This document shows positions 7,841 through 13,524 of a stretch of 13,524 nucleotides of DNA, piece after piece. Origin of the DNA: Oligoflexia bacterium (GTDB taxonomy: Bacteria > Bdellovibrionota > Bdellovibrionia > JABDDW01); the NCBI GenBank assembly GCA_043732305.1, contig JAYTHU010000096.1:1-13524 (forward strand). The letters run 5' to 3'. A model generated the notes under the pieces. The model worked only from the letters and a program-made list of their open reading frames with translations, was not told the origin of the DNA and made no database searches. How positions within the stretch are numbered: position 1 is the first letter of the stretch; every line of letters begins with the position of its first letter. The position numbers and the translations under genes are program-made.

Positions 7841-7867
7841 TTAATCAATCGCAAATTACGCCGATAA
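7841..7867 (+). promoter_or_regulatory. Candidate sigma28 (FliA) promoter
   Basis: TTAA-N15-GCCGATAA with a perfect -10 box at 7860-7867, 8 nt before the ATG at 7876. Confidence 0.55.
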
Positions 7868-7875
7868 GTTTCTGG

Positions 7876-8445
7876 ATGAGCAAATCAAATCAAAAATTTA
7901 CACGGATTATGGCGGTCTCGGTCACTGTCTTAGGTTTAATCTCAACGATTTTACTTTTGAACGATCCCCCATCTGCCACTGAAACAGAAATGGACGCGAC
8001 CAACGGAAGCTTTGGTGGAAACCTTGGCGGCCCCTCCATGTTTGAACTCAACTCTACAAAACTCAAACAACTTTCCCTCGTACAATTGAATATTGCAAAC
8101 AATGGCCGTGGCATCGCGAGCGTGACTTCGGAAGAAACCGCTCCAACTAATTTAATTGAAATAAAATGTGAAGCAGACAACTCTCCCATCGAAACAAATC
8201 AAATCAGATTGCGATTAAAGGGCGAAAGTTGCCTGGCCGAAAACGCGACATCGACCACTATTAAAAACAATTCTAATGGATACATTGCCACTGTGTTTCA
8301 TCGCCCTGATTTTTCCTTCACCACGGATTACATAAATCTATCTGAAGGAACCAACACTATAGCCATGGCCTTCGAAACTCCGACAGGGCCTGTGCTAAAA
8401 ACGCTTACTATCAATCGCGCACCCTCTTCTAATTCTAAGAATTAA
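7876..8445 (+). CDS. Hypothetical exported or membrane-anchored protein with C-terminal beta-sandwich (Ig-like) domain
   Basis: Basic N-region plus hydrophobic segment (IMAVSVTVLGLISTILLL), low-complexity linker, one Cys pair, and the beta-strand pattern TTDYINLSEGTNTIAMAF. The TTG at 7828 lies inside the inverted repeat, so ATG 7876 is preferred. Confidence 0.75.
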   Translation: MSKSNQKFTRIMAVSVTVLGLISTILLLNDPPSATETEMDATNGSFGGNLGGPSMFELNSTKLKQLSLVQLNIANNGRGIASVTSEETAPTNLIEIKCEADNSPIETNQIRLRLKGESCLAENATSTTIKNNSNGYIATVFHRPDFSFTTDYINLSEGTNTIAMAFETPTGPVLKTLTINRAPSSNSKN

Positions 8446-8506
8446 GGTTTCCCCTTAAAAATCCTCTCGTCTTATCCATGAAACTTAAGTAACGTTATTT
8501 TTACAT

Positions 8507-9136
8507 ATGGAACTGAAGCTTCGCAATGATCTTCATATCTCTCGAAAAGTCTGGCATATATGCGGAATTCTAGGCATCGCTTTAGTCATGTCTAAAGTTG
8601 ATCTTAAATCATCAATATTCTATCTCTCACTTTTAGCTCTGATCATCATCCCATTAGATATTTTGAGACTTCGCAGCTCCAACTTAAATCAAAAAATTAT
8701 TGGAATGTTTAAAATGGTGATTCGAATAGAAGAAGTTAAAACCATTTCTGGATTTTCATTTTTAATTGTCGGCAGCATGATCGTGGTTATACTGTTTCCA
8801 AAACCAGTCGCCGTTCTAGCAATGCTTCTTTTAGCTTTTGGAGACCCCGCTTCAAGTATTTTCGGTGTCATGTTTGGTAAAGACAAACTCTGGGGGCGAA
8901 AAAGTCTTCAAGGCACACTTGCCTGTTTCAGTGTTTGCACTCTCGTTTGCGCGATTTATTTTCTATCAAACAATCTCATGACTGAAAGAATTGTGCTGGT
9001 GAGTGTGCTCGGTGGATTCATCGGGGCACTGAGCGAACTTCTGCAAATTCGAAAACTCGATGACAATCTCACCTTTCCAGTTTTTGCTGGTCTAGGTCTG
9101 TGGTTTATATTCTCAATCTTTGGAGCCTTCGGATGA
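8507..9136 (+). CDS. CTP-dependent lipid kinase, Dgk1/dolichol/phytol kinase family (cytidylyltransferase superfamily), integral membrane
   Basis: RKVWH, GDPASSIFG..FG, RKSLQGT and DDNLTFPV motifs with multiple TM helices. Lacks the CdsA-type GG.LDR.D motif. Confidence 0.82.
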   Translation: MELKLRNDLHISRKVWHICGILGIALVMSKVDLKSSIFYLSLLALIIIPLDILRLRSSNLNQKIIGMFKMVIRIEEVKTISGFSFLIVGSMIVVILFPKPVAVLAMLLLAFGDPASSIFGVMFGKDKLWGRKSLQGTLACFSVCTLVCAIYFLSNNLMTERIVLVSVLGGFIGALSELLQIRKLDDNLTFPVFAGLGLWFIFSIFGAFG

Positions 9137-9957
9137 GCCCAGAAATTAAGCCTAAAAGATTAAAAATTCTTCAGAGACGTTCTCTTGATTCCGTGAGTGA
9201 GACCAAAGGCATTTACGTTTACATTTTGCCAAATCTTTTCACTACCGGAAATATGTTCTTTGGTTTTCTTTCGATGATTCATAGTCTCAAAGGCGATTTT
9301 ATTTTTGCCGCTTATGCGATAGTTGCCTCTGCGATCTTTGACACTTTAGATGGTCGCGTGGCCAGACTCACTCATGGAACAAGCCGTTTCGGCATGGAAT
9401 ATGATTCACTTTCTGATTTGATTAGCTTTGGAGTGGCGCCTGCCATTCTTTTATATTTATGGGCATTGCAACCTTTTGAACGTATTGGATGGCTTGCCAG
9501 TTTCACATTCATGGCTTGTGGAGCTTTACGCTTAGCTCGATTTAACGTTCAAGCTCACAATGTGGAGAAAAAATATTTTCAAGGGCTTCCCATTCCAATG
9601 GCCGCCGGCATTGTTGCGACGGCTGTTCCCGCTGCAGCCCATGCCGGGATTGATCCTCAAAAGAACGTTTACGTTTTAGCAATGACCGTGCTTTTAGGTT
9701 TTGTCATGGTTTCAAGCTTCAGGTACCGCAGTTTTAAAGAATTAGATTTCAAAGACCGCAAACCCTTCTTCACCTTGATCATTGGCCTATGCGTGATGGT
9801 GTTCATTGCCGTGAAGCCTGAAGTAAATCTCTTTGTTGCATTCATCACTTATGCTATTTTGGGCGCGGTGTTTGGAGTCACGTCACCCGCTCGTAAAAAA
9901 CTAAGTCGAGCCATGAATAAAAACAAGCAATCAGACGAACTCCCGCCACAAAATTAA
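9133..9957 (+). CDS. pssA: CDP-diacylglycerol--serine O-phosphatidyltransferase (type II phosphatidylserine synthase)
   Basis: LPNLFTTGN, CDP-alcohol motif DTLDGRVARLTHGTSRFGMEYDSLSD, LRLARFN and FQGLPIP. ATGA overlap with the upstream kinase at 9133-9136 and GGAG at 9122-9125. Confidence 0.92.
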   Translation: MSPEIKPKRLKILQRRSLDSVSETKGIYVYILPNLFTTGNMFFGFLSMIHSLKGDFIFAAYAIVASAIFDTLDGRVARLTHGTSRFGMEYDSLSDLISFGVAPAILLYLWALQPFERIGWLASFTFMACGALRLARFNVQAHNVEKKYFQGLPIPMAAGIVATAVPAAAHAGIDPQKNVYVLAMTVLLGFVMVSSFRYRSFKELDFKDRKPFFTLIIGLCVMVFIAVKPEVNLFVAFITYAILGAVFGVTSPARKKLSRAMNKNKQSDELPPQN

Positions 9958-10016
9958 AAGAAGTAATTCAAAGTAATCTTAAGATCAAAAGATCCGAATT
10001 TTCAGAAGGACGCGTA

Positions 10017-11081
10017 ATGAAGTTAGCAGTTGTCGGAGCCACGGGAATCGTCGGCCAAGAATTTCTCGAAATATTAGAAAACCGAAAAAATTTCCCCATC
10101 GAAGAAATCAGACTTTACGGTCTCAAGAGCACAGGCGAATCACTGAGCGTACGTGGCAAAGCCACCCGCGTGCGAGAACTCGCAAAAGGTTGTTTTGAAG
10201 GATTAGATCTCGTATTTTTCTCTGCCGGCGCTGACGTTTCAAAAGAATGGGCACCCCTCGCTTTAAAAGATGGCGCCTATGTTATTGATAATTCTTCCGC
10301 TTTTAGAATGGAAAAAGGGATTTCGCTGATTGTGCCGGAAGCAAATCCTGAAGCCATGCCGAAAAGAACTTTAGGTACGGAAAAGTCGGCTGGGGGCTCT
10401 AAAAAATCAAAGCCCGAAATTATTGCCAATCCGAACTGTTCTGCGATTCAACTTGCGGTTGTTCTCAAACCACTTCAACAAGCCTTTGGTTTGAAGCAAG
10501 TGACCATGGCTACGTACCAATCAGTCAGCGGCGCGGGAAAAGCTGGAGTCGATGAATTGAGCAAACAGACAATGAGTTTGCTTAATTCAGGAGAAGTAGG
10601 CGACGTAGCGACATTCCCCCATTCGATCGCCTTCAACAACATTCCTCACATTGACGTGATTGATGAAAAAACTGGTTTCACTTTTGAAGAATTAAAAATC
10701 ATGGAAGAAACTCAAAAGATTTTATCTCAAGCCGATCTAGATATTTCTGTCACCGCCGTTCGCACTCCAACTTTCAACGGTCACAGTGAAGCCGTGTGGG
10801 TGGATTTCAAGAAAAATGCGACCCGCAAAGAAGTGTTGGAAGTTTTGTCCAATGCGGCAGGTATTGTTATCCGCGATATTCCAGCGGAAAACGCCTATCC
10901 CATGAACCGCGATATTTCTGGTCAGGACGAAGTTTATGTTGGCCGCATTCGCCAAGATCTCCAGCACAAAAACCGGTGGCTCTTTTGGATCGTTGCCGAC
11001 AACGTCCGCAAAGGCGCCGCCCTCAACGGCATCCAAATCGCCGAACTCCTCTTCAATCTAAACCAACCCACGCGCCACTAA
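10017..11081 (+). CDS. asd: Aspartate-semialdehyde dehydrogenase
   Basis: VVGATGIVG, FFSAG, VIDNSSAFRM, catalytic IANPNC, TYQSVSGAG, GHSE and DNVRKGAALNGIQIAE. SD AAGGA upstream. Confidence 0.97.
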   Translation: MKLAVVGATGIVGQEFLEILENRKNFPIEEIRLYGLKSTGESLSVRGKATRVRELAKGCFEGLDLVFFSAGADVSKEWAPLALKDGAYVIDNSSAFRMEKGISLIVPEANPEAMPKRTLGTEKSAGGSKKSKPEIIANPNCSAIQLAVVLKPLQQAFGLKQVTMATYQSVSGAGKAGVDELSKQTMSLLNSGEVGDVATFPHSIAFNNIPHIDVIDEKTGFTFEELKIMEETQKILSQADLDISVTAVRTPTFNGHSEAVWVDFKKNATRKEVLEVLSNAAGIVIRDIPAENAYPMNRDISGQDEVYVGRIRQDLQHKNRWLFWIVADNVRKGAALNGIQIAELLFNLNQPTRH

Positions 11082-11279
11082 AATTTCTGCGCTTGTGTTG
11101 GTGCACGATACTCTTTGGTAGTGCCCCCCCAAAGGATCTGTTGCGACAACTTTCGCAAGGGTGATCATTGGATTCAAAAATCACCTAAGTCTCAATGACG
11201 ACATTGAAATAAATCAACTCGAAGGATTTGGCGCCAAGCGAGGCTTGATATAAACCCAAAACTATGGTGACATTTTCAT

Positions 11280-12719
11280 ATGACCGCAAAGAACTCACAC
11301 GGGTATTCATCCGCACTGACAATAATATTTGGATCCATATTTTTGTTCGCCACTCCGGGCCTGGCGACAATCACTTTCTCGGTGGCAGGATATAGCGAAG
11401 CCGTTCAAACCAGCGTCGGCTCAAGCACAACGACGCCCACTACGACCGGAACCAAAACAACCACCCCGGCGACGACAGTCATCAACCCCACCTATTCTTA
11501 CTACGTTTCATTTATGGGAAGCGGCTACGTCGCGACCACCGGTGCATGCGACACCACAAAAAACTCTCAGTGTCATAAAATTGCAGACACTTTAACGGTG
11601 ACAGCTTCATCAAATGTGGCGCTCACCAATTCACCGAGAATATATTTACTCTCAGGAACAGTTCCAGCCATTGGAAACACAATTCTGGGGTCCGCAGGCT
11701 CAGCAGTTTTAGCTCAGGCAAATTACCCAGCAACAGGGACGATACTCAATTTAGCCCAGACATTTTCTCAAATCTGCAGTTTGAGTGCTGCCGCATCGAT
11801 TGCCATAGATGGCAGCTGTCAAACGACAACTCCCGTGGTTTTACAAATCAGCATACTTGTTGATGCACAAGGCGATGGAATTTATAATTCTGGCGACGAC
11901 ATCATCACTTTCACACTGACATTTATTTCTAATATTCCCGCTACCACTGCTGGGAATCTTGGTCTTTATAGTTTTATTGCTTTCCCCGGCGATGGAGAAA
12001 TGGAAATTCAAACTCCTACCTTCGACGCGAACTATCCGAATGATACGGCAGGAGCCATAAACTCCGTCCGTTTTTATTATGGCCAGGCGACCAAAGGCAC
12101 CGAAGTAGCGACTGCCCTTCCCGCACTTGCAGCTGCAGCAACGGCCAATGCATCAACTGCACCAAACAACCAAATAGGCGTAGATCCCACCACTGGAAAT
12201 CTTGCAACTTACTCGGTACAACCTCTCACCAATGACACTTACTACTGCATGGTTGCGGCATTGCAGGATAATGCGGGCAATATTGGATACATCACGGACT
12301 CAAGTAATTTCGCGGCCACCATGTGCAACAGTCCCAGTCAAATTGCGGGATTGATGTCAAAAAATGGCCACTGCTTTATTGCGACCGCAGCATTTGGTTC
12401 ACCCATGCAATCCGAAGTAGTGACGATGAGAAAATTTCGCGATGTGTTTTTGATGAAATCAAAATGGGGAAGAAACTTTACGTCTTGGTATTACAAAAAT
12501 TCCCCGCCCTGGGCGGCTCGCCTAGAGCAAAGTGAGAATGCACGCGCTATCGCGCGAACGCTTCTTTGGCCCGCAGTTGGATTTGCCCATTTGGCATTAA
12601 ATGTTGGAGCAAAAAATGCCTGCATGGTTTTTGCCATCATTTTGTTGTTTCCGCTTTTACTCGTAAGATATTATCGATTCAAAAATGGCGCAGCCAAAAC
12701 CGAGAATAAAATTTCATGA
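11280..12719 (+). CDS. Secreted/surface protein with FN3-like domain and CFI-box-CTERM C-terminal domain
   Basis: Signal peptide (..IFLFATPGLA), Thr-rich linker, FN3-like segment PGDGEMEI..VRFYY..LTNDTYY..AALQDNAGNIG, then CFIATAAFGS..EV..MRKFRD.FL....GRNF..WYY..SP (from 12372), and a terminal TM followed by basic residues. Confidence 0.85.
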   Translation: MTAKNSHGYSSALTIIFGSIFLFATPGLATITFSVAGYSEAVQTSVGSSTTTPTTTGTKTTTPATTVINPTYSYYVSFMGSGYVATTGACDTTKNSQCHKIADTLTVTASSNVALTNSPRIYLLSGTVPAIGNTILGSAGSAVLAQANYPATGTILNLAQTFSQICSLSAAASIAIDGSCQTTTPVVLQISILVDAQGDGIYNSGDDIITFTLTFISNIPATTAGNLGLYSFIAFPGDGEMEIQTPTFDANYPNDTAGAINSVRFYYGQATKGTEVATALPALAAAATANASTAPNNQIGVDPTTGNLATYSVQPLTNDTYYCMVAALQDNAGNIGYITDSSNFAATMCNSPSQIAGLMSKNGHCFIATAAFGSPMQSEVVTMRKFRDVFLMKSKWGRNFTSWYYKNSPPWAARLEQSENARAIARTLLWPAVGFAHLALNVGAKNACMVFAIILLFPLLLVRYYRFKNGAAKTENKIS

Positions 12720-13524
12720 GCGAAACAAAACACGAGATCATTGCCGAAACTTTGAAAAACAAATCAAATTTACTCTGGGAAGTTTTCGTGGCACTGATTT
12801 TATTAACCGCACTCCTGACCAGCAGCTTCGCTCTGGCGCAAACCAATAGATCGAAGATTCAGACTCCGCCACCTCTCATCATGGCAAATCCGCTCGACAA
12901 CAAAGACGGCATCGAACGCAATGAAACAGGCAATGATAAATCTGGAATAGAATACAATAACAATTTCGACGTAAAGTCCTCTGATGAAAAAGCAGATTCT
13001 AATATCTCCGCTCAACCGCATGAAAAGCAAAAAAGCTTTGATGATGGAAGTGATCACTATGAAATCGCTCCTTATTATCGCGACCAGCCTGCACCCGTTT
13101 TGAAAAAGAAATTGCGCGACGGAACCAAAGTTTATAAAACTAAAACATCACCACAACATTACGCTGGCGGATTTCGCATTGGGCCTTACACTCCCACAAA
13201 TTTGAAGGGTGATAGTCCTGGGATCACCTACAACAATATTTACAAAACAAATCCCGTAGCGCTTGGGGTAGATTTCGAATGGCAATTCTACAAGGGTATG
13301 GGAAGGCTAGGACTTCAAGGGGGATTCGGATTTTTTACCGCCTCCGGTAACGGACGATTTCTCAATCCAGCATTATCAGGAATTATCAGCGAAACCGTGA
13401 TGACACTTTATGCCTTTCCGATGCAAACATCCCTCCTCTATCATTTGCAATTTTCTGACAAACAAATTTTTGTGCCCTTCGGTGGTGGCGGATTTGATTA
13501 CACAGGCCTTCTTGAATCACGAGA
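12716..13524 (+). CDS. Outer-membrane beta-barrel protein (3'-truncated by window edge; absent from the ORF track)
   Basis: Own translation from ATG 12716 (ATGA overlap) is open to the window end: signal peptide VFVALILLTALLTSSFALA-Q, an acidic disordered linker, then amphipathic strands TSPQHYAGGFRIGPYTP, LGVDFEWQF, LGLQGGFGFFTASGNG, LYAFPMQTSLLYHL and FVPFGGGGFDY. Confidence 0.85.
   Translation, partial: MSETKHEIIAETLKNKSNLLWEVFVALILLTALLTSSFALAQTNRSKIQTPPPLIMANPLDNKDGIERNETGNDKSGIEYNNNFDVKSSDEKADSNISAQPHEKQKSFDDGSDHYEIAPYYRDQPAPVLKKKLRDGTKVYKTKTSPQHYAGGFRIGPYTPTNLKGDSPGITYNNIYKTNPVALGVDFEWQFYKGMGRLGLQGGFGFFTASGNGRFLNPALSGIISETVMTLYAFPMQTSLLYHLQFSDKQIFVPFGGGGFDYTGLLESR

Noticed and set aside
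9961..9995. Short duplications AAGTAAT x2 and AAGATC x2 between pssA and asd
   Set aside because: Too short and AT-rich to distinguish from chance; not a CRISPR or iteron array.
11088..11105. NtrC-like site TGCGC...TGGTGCA
   Set aside because: Spacing is off by one and there is no convincing sigma54 -24/-12 box downstream.
11410..11490. Quasi-repetitive ACN-rich DNA
   Set aside because: It simply encodes the Thr-rich linker; not an independent repeat element.
7202..13057. Other alternate-frame or antisense ORFs (7202-7408, 7890-8189, 8689-8886, 10737-11036, 10796-11164, 11185-11370, 11329-11595, 12016-12207, 12323-12535, 12803-13057)
   Set aside because: All are explained by overlap with real genes. 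12803-13057 is antisense to the unlisted beta-barrel ORF.

Overview
An AT-rich, mostly core-genome bacterial window. Gene content and style suggest Bdellovibrionota or a related delta-proteobacteria-like lineage; this is inference, not a database result. Left to right: an mlaE(partial)-mlaF-mlaD MCE/ABC lipid transporter operon; a small, possibly decayed ORF; dciA (DUF721) divergent from trmFO; a truncated cytidine deaminase retaining only the non-catalytic C-terminal half; a degenerate pseudo-receiver/HD-GYP protein with a sigma28-like promoter; an SDR resembling eukaryotic 3-ketodihydrosphingosine reductase (KDSR); two hypothetical proteins separated by a perfect 16-bp inverted repeat; a CTP-dependent lipid kinase (Dgk1/dolichol kinase family) coupled to pssA; asd; and a coupled pair of a secreted FN3-like CFI-box-CTERM protein and an outer-membrane beta-barrel (partial, missing from the ORF track). 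No rRNA, tRNA, CRISPR array or mobile element was seen. The best leads are the CFI-box-CTERM/beta-barrel surface module with its multi-hairpin leader, and the eukaryote-like lipid enzymes near pssA. All family assignments come from motif recognition by eye.
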